From: an uncultured Bacteroidales bacterium
GTDB taxonomy: Bacteria > Bacteroidota > Bacteroidia > Bacteroidales > Muribaculaceae
Length of the DNA: 64,000 nucleotides
Assembly: GCA_902800715.1 (NCBI GenBank)
Contig: CADCFN010000006.1
Location: 67,303 to 131,302 of the forward strand
Direction of reading: 5' to 3'
How positions within the stretch are numbered: position 1 is the stretch's first letter; each line of letters opens with the position of its first letter. Shown here one piece after another: positions 38,784 through 47,945 of this stretch. The notes beneath the pieces were generated by a model. The model was not told the origin of the DNA and searched no databases. It worked only from the letters and a program-made list of their open reading frames with translations. A program made the position numbers and the translations under genes.

Positions 38784-39524
38784 ATGAAAAAAGATACGAT
38801 ACAACTGATTGTGATACTGGTTGTGCTGGCGGCTGTAGCCGTTGGCATCCTGATGTACATGCCACACGACATCGTGACGATATACAACTGGTATAAGGAG
38901 CATCTCACCTATGGCACCATCCTGCTGCTGATGGCGATTGAGAGTTCGTTCATTCCCTTCCCCAGCGAGGTGGTTATTCCGCCCGCCGCCTATTTTGCTG
39001 CCCGCAACGGCGACATGAACATCATCATGATTGTCCTCATAGCGACGCTGGGTGCTCTCATCGGAGCCGTCATCAACTATGTGCTGTCGCTGCTCATCGG
39101 GCGTCCTGTGGTCTATGCGTTCGCCAACAGCCGCATCGGGCACATGTGCCTCATCGATGCCGAAAAGGTAGAGAAGGCCGAGGTCTATTTTGACCGCCAC
39201 GGCGCCATCTCGACGTTTCTGGGCCGCCTGATTCCTGCCATTCGCCAGCTTATCTCCATTCCCGCCGGCCTGTCGCGCATGAACTTCGGCACATTCGTCC
39301 TGTTCACGTCGCTGGGCGCCGGCATCTGGAACGTGGTGCTGGCAGGCTTGGGATACTGGCTGAGTCTCAACTTCCCCGAAGAGGAACTGCTGGCACAACT
39401 CGAGCACTATAACCGCTACCTGTCGTGGGCGGGCTATGCCCTTGCCATCTTCATCGTCCTGTTCCTTGCCTACCAGGCTATCAAGAAGCGCCCAACCCGC
39501 AACCAAATAGGGACTAAAAACTAA
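38784..39524 (+). CDS. DedA family membrane protein
   Basis: ESSFIPFPSE, GRLIPAIRQLISIPAG. Confidence 0.9.
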   Translation: MKKDTIQLIVILVVLAAVAVGILMYMPHDIVTIYNWYKEHLTYGTILLLMAIESSFIPFPSEVVIPPAAYFAARNGDMNIIMIVLIATLGALIGAVINYVLSLLIGRPVVYAFANSRIGHMCLIDAEKVEKAEVYFDRHGAISTFLGRLIPAIRQLISIPAGLSRMNFGTFVLFTSLGAGIWNVVLAGLGYWLSLNFPEEELLAQLEHYNRYLSWAGYALAIFIVLFLAYQAIKKRPTRNQIGTKN

Positions 39525-39557
39525 CTCCTAACTACTCACTCCTAACTTATAACTGTT

Positions 39558-40202
39558 ATGAAAGTTTCTCCCTCCCTGTTGTCCGCCGACTTTGGCAACC
39601 TAGCCAAGGACATCGATATGATTAACCGCAGTGATGCCGACCTGCTGCATCTTGACGTGATGGACGGCGTATTCGTGCCCAACATCTCATTCGGTTTCCC
39701 CGTCATCAAGCACGTTCAGCGCCTGTGTAAAAAGCCTCTAGACGTACACCTGATGATTGTCGAGCCGCAAAAGTTCATCAACGAGGTGCGTGACTGCGGT
39801 GCCGCTATCATGACCGTCCATCAGGAAGCGTGCATCCACCTCAACCGCGTCGTGCAACAGATTCACGATGCCGGTATGCAAGCCGGAGTTTCGCTCAACC
39901 CCGCCACTCCTGTTTCCATGTTGCGCGACATCATCTGTGACGTAGACCTCGTGCTGCTGATGTCGGTCAACCCCGGTTTCGGTGGACAGAAATTCATCGT
40001 CCAAACGCTGAACAAAGTGCGCGAACTGCGCCAACTCATTGTCCTCAACGGCTCTAATGCCCAAATCGAAATCGATGGCGGCGTCAACGATATCACTGGC
40101 GCGCAACTCGCCGAAGCAGGAGCCGACATCCTTGTCGCCGGCAGCTACGTCTTTGGAGCCGATGACCCCATCAAAACCATCGAGGGACTGAAAAACCTCT
40201 AA
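39558..40202 (+). CDS. rpe: Ribulose-phosphate 3-epimerase
   Basis: SPSLLSADF, HLDVMDGVFVPN, MSVNPGFGGQ, IDGG. Confidence 0.97.
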   Translation: MKVSPSLLSADFGNLAKDIDMINRSDADLLHLDVMDGVFVPNISFGFPVIKHVQRLCKKPLDVHLMIVEPQKFINEVRDCGAAIMTVHQEACIHLNRVVQQIHDAGMQAGVSLNPATPVSMLRDIICDVDLVLLMSVNPGFGGQKFIVQTLNKVRELRQLIVLNGSNAQIEIDGGVNDITGAQLAEAGADILVAGSYVFGADDPIKTIEGLKNL

Positions 40203-40208
40203 AAATAT

Positions 40209-40239
40209 TTTGTCAGGTCAAAAATTCACCCTATCTTTG
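40209..40239 (+). promoter_or_regulatory. tRNA promoter (-33 TTTG / -7 TATCTTTG)
   Basis: Bacteroidetes consensus with 19-bp spacing. Confidence 0.7.
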
Positions 40240-40274
40240 CACCCGCTTTCGGAAATAAACCCGCAAGCTTGACT

Positions 40275-40360
40275 GGAAAGGTGCCGGAGTGGTCGATCGG
40301 GGCGGTCTCGAAAACCGTTGTACGCTTTGCGTACCGTGGGTTCGAATCCCTCCCTTTCCG
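40275..40360 (+). tRNA. tRNA-Ser(CGA)
   Basis: GGAAAGG...CCTTTCC acceptor, GCGGT-CTCGAAA-ACCGT anticodon arm, long variable arm, GGTTCGAATCC. Confidence 0.93.
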
Positions 40361-40678
40361 CACAAATTCAATGAACGATTAAGACTTGCATCTTAATCGT
40401 TTCATTTTTTTGTGCGAGGGCTTGAGCTTGCTCAAAGCTCTTGTATAAAAAATGAAACAATAGACACGTCAGTGTCGTTCATTGAATTTGTTGTGCCCCC
40501 GCCGGGGCGCAGAGGGATGCACGAAGTGAATCCCGACCGTCCTTGATGCTTCCACCTCACCATAGATATAGACACAGGGTTTGCCATCGACCTTCAAGTC
40601 GCTTTCGAAGCGATAGCGGAGAAAGAAGCCATCCCTTTACGGGACGCTATGAGGACGAAAATCCACATAAACATAATA

Positions 40679-40711
40679 TAAGAGGGTGTGTCATTTTGGC
40701 ACACCCTCTTA
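40679..40711. terminator. Hairpin downstream of the 40735-42519 gene
   Basis: TAAGAGGGTGTGTCA-ttt-TGGCACACCCTCTTA. Confidence 0.7.
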
Positions 40712-40734
40712 TGCCTAAAAAGACGGGCGTTAAG

Positions 40735-42519
40735 CTAATTCTGCGTCACTCGCACAGCGCGGACGGGATTTCCGTTACAACGCCCACTCATACCGCAGAC
40801 CGCATGGCTTGAATCAAAGCCCAGGCTGAAAGATAGGTAGGAATAGTCCATGTAAAGCGTGCGCGACCAATATGTGCCGAAAGAGCCTGCACCGTCGAAC
40901 AACTCCTTCCACCGGTAGCCGGTGGCGGGCAAGAAGATAGAGTTACCATTCTGACCTATCACAAGATAACCGTTCACACCGTTCTGTGTCGTCCAAGTCC
41001 ATGTACATTGTTCTGCTAACTCTTTCTGTTGCTCATAAGAAGGCATGCGCCACGAAGGTCCCCAGTGTACATAGGCCACATCGTCTTCAGGTTCCAACTC
41101 GCCTTTGAAATCCATAAAGTTAATGTTATTGGCACCATAACTGTACTTATTTATACCTTCTATACTACCGTTGCACCACTTATAGGTAGTCCAGTCATAA
41201 TAATCCTTGGAAAAGGTCTCGCCCCAGGCGAAGTAGTCGCCGTACTCCTCGGGGCTGTTGGCTCCCACGTTGCAGGTCGCCCACAGCGTTCCGCTGGGCA
41301 GCCCCAGATCCACCCAATCTATGGTGTTGACAGCTGGTTGCCCTTTCAAGATGATGTAAATAATGACATTGATGTCGGCGATACTGACCTCGCCATCGTT
41401 GTTCACATCAGCTCGAGTGCGAACATAATCACTAACGTCACTACCTAAAATGATGCTTATGAGGGCATTTATATCTGCAATATTGACCTCTCGATCACCG
41501 TTAATATCACCCCGAATGGGGAAAGACTTAACTTTGATTACATAGGTTTTACCGTAGGCCTTGCAAGAACCGTCAGCATTAGTAACCATATAGCGCAAAT
41601 AATAGGTTCCCGCTTCCATGAAGGTATATTCTACTTCATCTTGGTCGAACCACTTGATGACGTTCTCAAAGTCAGCATCGGTGGCCATCTCCCAGGCTCT
41701 ATAAACGACTGCGTCGGTGGGGTAACCTTTGAACACGATGCGGCAGGGAGCCCAGCCTCCCAATTCACTGTAAAAATCATTCGGCTCTACAGTTGAGCCG
41801 CAACTCACAGCCTGTGTTTGGAAATACTCGCTCAAGAAGTAAATCTCAATGCCCCATTCTTCCAGGAAGCGGTCCCCGGTCAACATAAAATCAGTGTCAC
41901 ACAACGGCGGCACAATCTCAACGTCCTGGTCCAATGCGGCAAAGGTCTCAACCATCCTTTGTTCCCACCAGTTAGCATCATCATCGTTCCAAATCAGTGT
42001 GTTGTAAGACAGTTTTATTTCCCTATCCAGCACTTGGCGGCGGCCATCGGTCGTGTAGTAGGGGATGGCGTCAGCGTGACCGTCAACATTGAATGAGAGC
42101 AGGTCGCACGAGGTTTGGGGGTTAAAATACATGTCGTTCAGTTCCAGATAATAGTCGGCATAGTTTACCACCCAAAAACAATAGCGCTGGTTGCCTTCCA
42201 CGATAATATAACCCGAGTTGGGCAAGACCTGACTGAGTGAGGTCACTGAGCTGTCACAGCTAATGTCAGTAATCTCCTCGGCATAGTCGGCACCTCGTGA
42301 ATCATAACTGAACCATACAGCCAGCTCACCAGACGACGAATGATAGGTCATACCAACCCCATTTGTGTTATATATTACATATATCTTATCCAACCCTGTG
42401 CCCATCGCTGGTGTAACCTCGATAACAGGGTATAGTCCCACACCAGTAAACGTCACTTGACCGCTAACTGTCAACAAGGACAGTATAGCCATAACAATTG
42501 AAATGATTCCTTTCTTCAC
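40735..42519 (-). CDS. Secreted multidomain protein: PKD/Ig-like region, internal dockerin-like domain, C-terminal VDLGLPSG domain
   Basis: Signal peptide; YTFMEAGTYYLR; RGDINGDREVNIADI...ADVNNDGEVSIADI; WVDLGLPSGTLWATCNVGA..PEEYGDYFAWGE. Confidence 0.75.
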   Translation of the reverse strand: MKKGIISIVMAILSLLTVSGQVTFTGVGLYPVIEVTPAMGTGLDKIYVIYNTNGVGMTYHSSSGELAVWFSYDSRGADYAEEITDISCDSSVTSLSQVLPNSGYIIVEGNQRYCFWVVNYADYYLELNDMYFNPQTSCDLLSFNVDGHADAIPYYTTDGRRQVLDREIKLSYNTLIWNDDDANWWEQRMVETFAALDQDVEIVPPLCDTDFMLTGDRFLEEWGIEIYFLSEYFQTQAVSCGSTVEPNDFYSELGGWAPCRIVFKGYPTDAVVYRAWEMATDADFENVIKWFDQDEVEYTFMEAGTYYLRYMVTNADGSCKAYGKTYVIKVKSFPIRGDINGDREVNIADINALISIILGSDVSDYVRTRADVNNDGEVSIADINVIIYIILKGQPAVNTIDWVDLGLPSGTLWATCNVGANSPEEYGDYFAWGETFSKDYYDWTTYKWCNGSIEGINKYSYGANNINFMDFKGELEPEDDVAYVHWGPSWRMPSYEQQKELAEQCTWTWTTQNGVNGYLVIGQNGNSIFLPATGYRWKELFDGAGSFGTYWSRTLYMDYSYLSFSLGFDSSHAVCGMSGRCNGNPVRAVRVTQN

Positions 42520-42711
42520 GATATTTTGTTTTAATCAGTTAATACATTTACATATGGCAAATATAGGTTAAATAAGAACACCGTACAAGAAAAATAAGAG
42601 TTATTTGAACCAATTATGCATTTTTCCCTAAAAAGTGTCCAATAATTTTACATTTTCACTGCCAATATCTGTTATATACACTCACTTTATCTGCACTTTT
42701 GAACACGAGTT

Positions 42712-42813
42712 TCCAACAGAATTGCCATGCTTGCTAAACAGGCTGGGCTCACCATCAATGCCTTTATCCGCAAGACGCTTGAAGAAAAGGCAGAATCAGA
42801 AATGGTTGTATAA
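42712..42813 (+). pseudogene. HicB-type antitoxin C-terminal (RHH) fragment
   Basis: Frame reads SNRIAMLAKQAGLTINAFIRKTLEEKAESEMVV*; N-terminal part missing. Confidence 0.55.
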
Positions 42814-42816
42814 TCA

Positions 42817-43279
42817 TCAAACACCCTGCTGCCAGAAAATTTGATCATCATATGGTTCAAGGGGCACAGAGCCATAGGCATTCAAGCATTCATAGCCTTC
42901 TTTACAAAACAAATTGAAATTGGTAAAAACATTAAAAATGTACCAACCATCCTCACCTAAGTCATGGCTATGCTTTATACCAGCCAGGATAATGAGAATC
43001 ACGCATGGGATAAGAGTCAACAATAAAATAAGACGTTCCTGGTTTTGCAGTGCATCTGAGTCAACCAGAGCACAAATAATGAAGGAAAGAACCCAGATAG
43101 CACACGCAATTAATACCGTAACCAAATATTGAGTGCGACCTATACGTCCCTTTGTACTAAAGAAATGACTAAAAAAACACTGTTGTCAATCGGTTTCAGA
43201 TAATTTTCGCACGGATTAATCTCCTCTTGAGAATAAAACGGACAGCTCCACATCTATTGCATTGCTCAATTATTGCCAT
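42817..43279 (-). pseudogene. DUF805-family membrane protein, frameshifted 5' end
   Basis: FFSTKGRIGRTQY...GIKHSHDLGEDGW; upstream MAIIEQCNRC and CPFYSQEEINPCENYLKP lie in other frames. Confidence 0.55.
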
Positions 43280-43404
43280 ATTTAAAACATTTTGTGTTGT
43301 CCGTCATAATAATCCATCTATTCTCACTTTCTTTTATGAAAAGCGTCATGAGATGCTGGTACACGTCCTGCGCAATTGATTGCGACTTGCAATTTATATA
43401 CGCA

Positions 43405-44286
43405 TCATCGAATCAAACTGACACAAATCTTCTGGCCATGGTGGATGTAGATGCCAGGGGTGGTTGGCACAACCTTTCCCACTGGCTGACCCATCAGATT
43501 GTAGTAATTATCATCCATCGGCCGCGCCTTGTCAACCACAGCTTCGTTGATGCCGTCAAATCCATCTTCACGATAACGCATGCCCTTGTAGATGATTTTG
43601 CCATCCTTGACCACATGGCTCAGCCCCCACCAATCCTGATACTCGTCAGTGGGGTCTGGCTTACGGGTGAACGGCGTCAGCAGGTCTCCCATGTCACGAC
43701 TGTCAAAGCCGATGCCTTCCACCACATAGGCCAGCGTGTCGCCATTCTCACCGATATAGGCGTAACGCTCACATTCGATGCCCTCAATGGTGATGGACTC
43801 TACTTCCATGAAGTTGTCACTAGTAAGAAAAGGCACCAAGCCATCACTGAGCAGTAAATAATAGTCATCGCATGAGTGGTCGCCTAATCTGTAGAGCAAA
43901 GTAGTCCCGCCATCATACCAAGCAATAAATGGCAACATTTTTCTTCCATCCCACGCAGCCTTCGTGAGAGCGTCATTTCTAAGACATGTGACAAAATCAT
44001 TTCCATAAAGACCTTCTCGCAGACCCGCAATCAGGCTATCTCGCTCCACATCAAGATTATCACCAGTGTAGTAATAGAGGGCATGGTTGAATGTAAGCCA
44101 AAAAGAATCGTTACCTGAAAACTCATATTTGTAATAATAGCGGGTTGTATCACCGTTATTGACGATAACCTTCTCATTGACCCACTGTACGCCCTCACGG
44201 ACAATGGGTAGATAATCTTCTCTCTGAGCTATCGCTTGAGTTATACCCAGTAACGCCAGCACTATAATAAGAAATGTCTTTTTCAT
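43405..44286 (-). CDS. Secreted hypothetical protein with T9SS-like C-terminus
   Basis: Signal peptide; C-terminus YYNLMGQPV...PGIYIHHGQKI. Confidence 0.75.
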   Translation of the reverse strand: MKKTFLIIVLALLGITQAIAQREDYLPIVREGVQWVNEKVIVNNGDTTRYYYKYEFSGNDSFWLTFNHALYYYTGDNLDVERDSLIAGLREGLYGNDFVTCLRNDALTKAAWDGRKMLPFIAWYDGGTTLLYRLGDHSCDDYYLLLSDGLVPFLTSDNFMEVESITIEGIECERYAYIGENGDTLAYVVEGIGFDSRDMGDLLTPFTRKPDPTDEYQDWWGLSHVVKDGKIIYKGMRYREDGFDGINEAVVDKARPMDDNYYNLMGQPVGKVVPTTPGIYIHHGQKICVSLIR

Positions 44287-44595
44287 AATAAAACCGAATT
44301 ATATGATTATCGACAAATATATGGGATATCAGCATAAAAAACAAGTTATTATTCGTAAAAATGAATAATAACTCGACTTTTCACCAAAAAGTGTCCAAAA
44401 TTTTTACATTTTCTCTGCCAATATCTGTCTTTAACACCGTTATTGCTTAGATTTTGGGAAATATGAGGCGCTAGTTATAATCCTGCTCCTATTTATTGAT
44501 ATCGCCTGTCATTGGTGCCCGCAGTGACTATGACCCGCCTATACAATACTGTTTAAAACAGGTCTGAATGAGTACCGGTGCTTGTGAAAAGTAAT
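44204..44595. repeat. 392-bp direct repeat, copy 1 (copy 2 at 46270-46661)
   Basis: Highly similar segment: gene 5' end, promoter region and yafQ 3' end. Confidence 0.9.
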
Positions 44596-44604
44596 TTGTC
44601 CCCC

Positions 44605-45876
44605 TTAGATGGCACCATCACCGCAGAATTGTCCCATCAGCAGGATGGCACGGGTTGCCTCGTCATACACAAAGTACAAGAACGGATGATTGGCTATAAA
44701 CTCGGGCATTATCGATATTAATACACACGAACCTTGCGTTACACTAAAGGCTTTTGTCCCTTTTTCGTTGACTTCTATACTGGTCTTGTGGTCGATTTCT
44801 TTAAGTTTGAGAGAATTGATGGGATCATCAACGATGGCATTAAAATAAACGTCCTCTTGGTTGAAAACACGTGGGAGCGATTTCTTTAACAATTTCATCA
44901 TTGACAAGTTGCTTTCACACTTGAAACGGGGCAGATCTAATATGACTGTAACAGGCTCAGTTAACGAATCGAGAATTTCGTGGAATGATTCAAGAGTCAT
45001 CGATTGACTGAATGTCGCCAGTTTTTCAGTCTTAGGCAAAACAATCAGCATTCTATAGCAACTGCCGTAATACGGTATAGAGACCGCCTGGAATTCTTCT
45101 CTGTCAACATATGGAAGATTTGCCTCACTGTTATGCATAATGGGAATCTTCAAATATTCTCCCCATGCGGTTTCAAAAGCCTTTAAATGGGTGTTTTCCT
45201 CTTTGAAAGGTGGCCATAACGCATTAAATTCAAGGGTGTTAATCAAGCAAAGTGACGATTCTGGGTCCAGTTTTTCAATGACTTTAATCTTTTCATCAAG
45301 TGATTGCTGGTGGAACCAGTCATTGATCTTATTGACGGTTTTCTTTTTGGAAAAATCGTGAATTTGGACACAGACATTGTAACTAGTGGAAACCGTTTGG
45401 GAGAAAGCGTCTAAGATGGGAGCATCTGTGTTGGCAGCCAGGTAATTTAATATTAGACAATCAGTATAGTCATTGTGAGGCAGGGCCGCCATATACTTCT
45501 TATAAAATGCATTGGCGTTGATAATCGGACCGAACACCTGCTCAAGACTGTCGCGTACTTCGCCCACTGCACCATTGGCTGCCACTGCAATCGCACTGGC
45601 CAGACTCAACGGGGCTACAACAAAGGAACTATCCTTGTCTATAGCTATCTGATGCAGTAACGTGAAGGCAAAATCATTGACTTTTTCGACACAAAGCCTA
45701 TCGGCGCTATCCAGGGCAAGTGCTTCAAGATGCTTTTTCCCCAATAAAGCTGCCAGGACTTTATCAATTTTAATGGGCTTATCTGATGCGCTCTTGTTGC
45801 TGTTGATTGAATCACAACCAACCAATAGTCCCAGTAACAGTATAATTACTCCAATTAACGTTGTTCTCATCGCCAT
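44605..45876 (-). CDS. Serpin family lipoprotein
   Basis: Lipobox LVGC; APLSL, INTLEFNALW, EVNEKGTKA, FIANHPFLY, LMGQF. Confidence 0.88.
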   Translation of the reverse strand: MAMRTTLIGVIILLLGLLVGCDSINSNKSASDKPIKIDKVLAALLGKKHLEALALDSADRLCVEKVNDFAFTLLHQIAIDKDSSFVVAPLSLASAIAVAANGAVGEVRDSLEQVFGPIINANAFYKKYMAALPHNDYTDCLILNYLAANTDAPILDAFSQTVSTSYNVCVQIHDFSKKKTVNKINDWFHQQSLDEKIKVIEKLDPESSLCLINTLEFNALWPPFKEENTHLKAFETAWGEYLKIPIMHNSEANLPYVDREEFQAVSIPYYGSCYRMLIVLPKTEKLATFSQSMTLESFHEILDSLTEPVTVILDLPRFKCESNLSMMKLLKKSLPRVFNQEDVYFNAIVDDPINSLKLKEIDHKTSIEVNEKGTKAFSVTQGSCVLISIMPEFIANHPFLYFVYDEATRAILLMGQFCGDGAI

Positions 45877-46060
45877 AAGATTTAATCATTTTTACAAAGA
45901 TAGCTATAATTCACCATAAATACTCTAAATATCTAGGAAATAGATAATATTTGAATGAATTCACCAACTGCTGACTCTAAATCCCCTTCGCACCTAATGA
46001 CAGCTTACTATTGAGGTAGACCAACCAGATAAGACGTGAAAGCTAAAAGTCTATTGTTTC

Positions 46061-46352
46061 TTAGTGCTGCTGGAAAGAGAAACGATCAAAAATGTCGCCT
46101 GCAGTTACAACAATCTCAACTCTTCGTGTAATCATCGACTCGCTAATCTTATCAAATGTGAAGATGATTTTTTTGTCAACAACCTTGACTTCAAGCCAAT
46201 CGTTCTTATATCCTTTCCTATCCCATCCCGTATCCTGATACTCATCGTTGATAATCACTTCAGACAGCCATGGGTAGATAATCCTCGCTCTGAGCCATCG
46301 CTTGAGTTATACCCAGTAACGCCAGCACTATAATAAGAAATGTCTTTTTCAT
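46061..46352 (-). pseudogene. Chimeric pseudogene (5' end of a 43405-44286 paralogue fused out of frame to the 3' end of a 47472-47873 paralogue)
   Basis: MKKTFLIIVLALLGITQAMAQSEDYLPMAV* then, in another frame, PWLSEVIIND...VVTAGDIFDRFSFQQH*. Confidence 0.7.
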
Positions 46353-46661
46353 AATAAAACCGAATTTTATGATTACCGACAAATATATGGGATATCAGCA
46401 TAAAAAACAAGTTATTATTCGTAAAAATGGATAATAACTCGACTTTTCACCAAAAAGTGTCCAAAATTTTTACGTTTTCACTGCCAACACCTATCCTTAA
46501 CCCCTTTATTGCTTAGATTTCGGAATATATGAAGCGCTAGCACTAATCCTGCGCCTATTCTTTGATATCGCCTGTCATTGGTGCCCGCAGTGACTATTAC
46601 CAGTCTATATAATACTGTTTAAAACAGATCTGAATGAGTGCCGGTGCCCGTGAAAAGTAAT
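46270..46661. repeat. 392-bp direct repeat, copy 2
   Basis: Matches 44204-44595. Confidence 0.9.
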
Positions 46662-46891
46662 ATTAATTCTGTATCATTCTGCTCCCAAATCATCAACCAA
46701 TCAGCTTTCAAGTGACATTCCCAACACCCGCCATAGTTGCCAGACAACTTGTGGGGACGATATGATTCGGGGAGTTTGCCACTGGCTTCAAGTAAACGAA
46801 TTGCCGTCTTGAGCAGTTCCATGTCGTAACCACGTTTGCGGCAACGTTCCGTATCCTTGCGGAACGTCTTGGTCATCCGAATCTTGTACAT
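46619..46891 (-). CDS. yafQ: YafQ family mRNA interferase toxin
   Basis: TKTFRKD, YRPHKLSGNY, WECHLKADWLMIW, TGTHSDLF. Confidence 0.9.
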   Translation of the reverse strand: MYKIRMTKTFRKDTERCRKRGYDMELLKTAIRLLEASGKLPESYRPHKLSGNYGGCWECHLKADWLMIWEQNDTELILLFTGTGTHSDLF

Positions 46892-46893
46892 GC

Positions 46894-47097
46894 CTAGATT
46901 CCTAATGATTCAAACATCTCTTCGGACGAATCAAAAGATTCTACGCGGCCAGCCTTCTTGTCTTCTTGAGAACGAATATAGCTGCTCTTGGATTTTGAGG
47001 GAACACGTTGTACAATCACTCCTAATGCATGGAGATAGTTCATGAGAGCTTTACCCCATGATGAACGCTCATTCACTGTGATAGTATAGGTTGCCAT
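46894..47097 (-). CDS. Probable antitoxin
   Basis: 67 aa immediately upstream of yafQ; C-terminal GRVESFDSSEEMFESL resembles a DinJ/RelB tail. Confidence 0.7.
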   Translation of the reverse strand: MATYTITVNERSSWGKALMNYLHALGVIVQRVPSKSKSSYIRSQEDKKAGRVESFDSSEEMFESLGI

Positions 47098-47417
47098 TGT
47101 CTTTTTGTTTATTTGATTATTAGTGCAAAGTTAAACATATTTCTGTAATAATTGCAATTCGTATGCCACTATTTTGAAAACAGACCTAAAAATAGTACAT
47201 TTGCAAACAGAATTATCTAAGAAATGCAGGAAATAAAGACTACATAAAGCGTTAAAATACGTTTATTCTCAAATAGTTAAGTGGTAATTAAAGTCGGACG
47301 TTTTTCGGACGATAGTAGTTAAATTCAGCACCTTTTCAAAATGCTAACTCACTGATTATCAATAGCCGTTACCGAACATTTTTTGGGGTTTTAATCCCTC
47401 CCTTTCCACTAGAAATG

Positions 47418-47450
47418 AAAAAGAAGTCCTTGATTGAGGACTTCTCTTTT
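47418..47450. terminator. Terminator hairpin
   Basis: AAAAAGAAGTCCT-tgattg-AGGACTTCTCTTTT. Confidence 0.7.
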
Positions 47451-47471
47451 GTCTTTATCTAAGTGAGATGC

Positions 47472-47873
47472 TTATGGGCGCTGTTCAAAATGGAACTGGT
47501 CGAAGATATCGCCAGCGGTTAACACTACTGTCAAATGGCGTGGTTTCGTCAAATCATCCATAGGAGCGAAGGAAACCGTAACGTCATTATTTTCACATGC
47601 CACTACAAACCATACACAATAAACGAGCGTGGGTGAATAGTGCGCCATCTGATAGTCACACTCACAATGGTCTATCCAAGGCTTGTAGTTCTTGCACCTG
47701 AAAGTATAGGACCCACCTGCTGCGGGAACAACATAGATGCCATTTTCTTTAGTCAAGCCACTCAGGTCGTCCCATTTCATTTTGTCCCATTTGCCGTCAG
47801 GTTCATCTCCGCAGGATGCGACCATCAAGATGATTGCAAACAGAAGCAGAATTATTCTTGCCAGCCGTTTCAT
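47472..47873 (-). CDS. Hypothetical lipoprotein (BACON/Ig-like)
   Basis: Lipobox VASC; VPAAGGSYTF; TAGDIFDQFHFEQ. Confidence 0.7.
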   Translation of the reverse strand: MKRLARIILLLFAIILMVASCGDEPDGKWDKMKWDDLSGLTKENGIYVVPAAGGSYTFRCKNYKPWIDHCECDYQMAHYSPTLVYCVWFVVACENNDVTVSFAPMDDLTKPRHLTVVLTAGDIFDQFHFEQRP

Positions 47874-47945
47874 TTTTCAAATTGTTCTTTCAACAATCTA
47901 TAAACTATAAGATGCTTGAATCTTGCATGAAACGCCTGAGAAAAA

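Larger units (their letters stand above)
40340..47407. mobile_element. Degenerate genomic island at the tRNA-Ser 3' end, no integrase
   Basis: AATCCCTCCCTTTCC repeated at 40345-40359 and 47393-47407; AT-richer content, TA genes, pseudogenes. Confidence 0.65.

Noticed and set aside
40543-40812. Small ORFs after tRNA-Ser (40543-40812) and at 42635-42844, 61263-61496, 61595-61839
   Set aside because: They cross hairpins, repeats or relics and have no recognisable protein features.
40735-41310. Diversity-generating retroelement target (VDLGLPSG-type C-terminal domain)
   Set aside because: No reverse transcriptase and no template repeat of the 3' end seen in the window.
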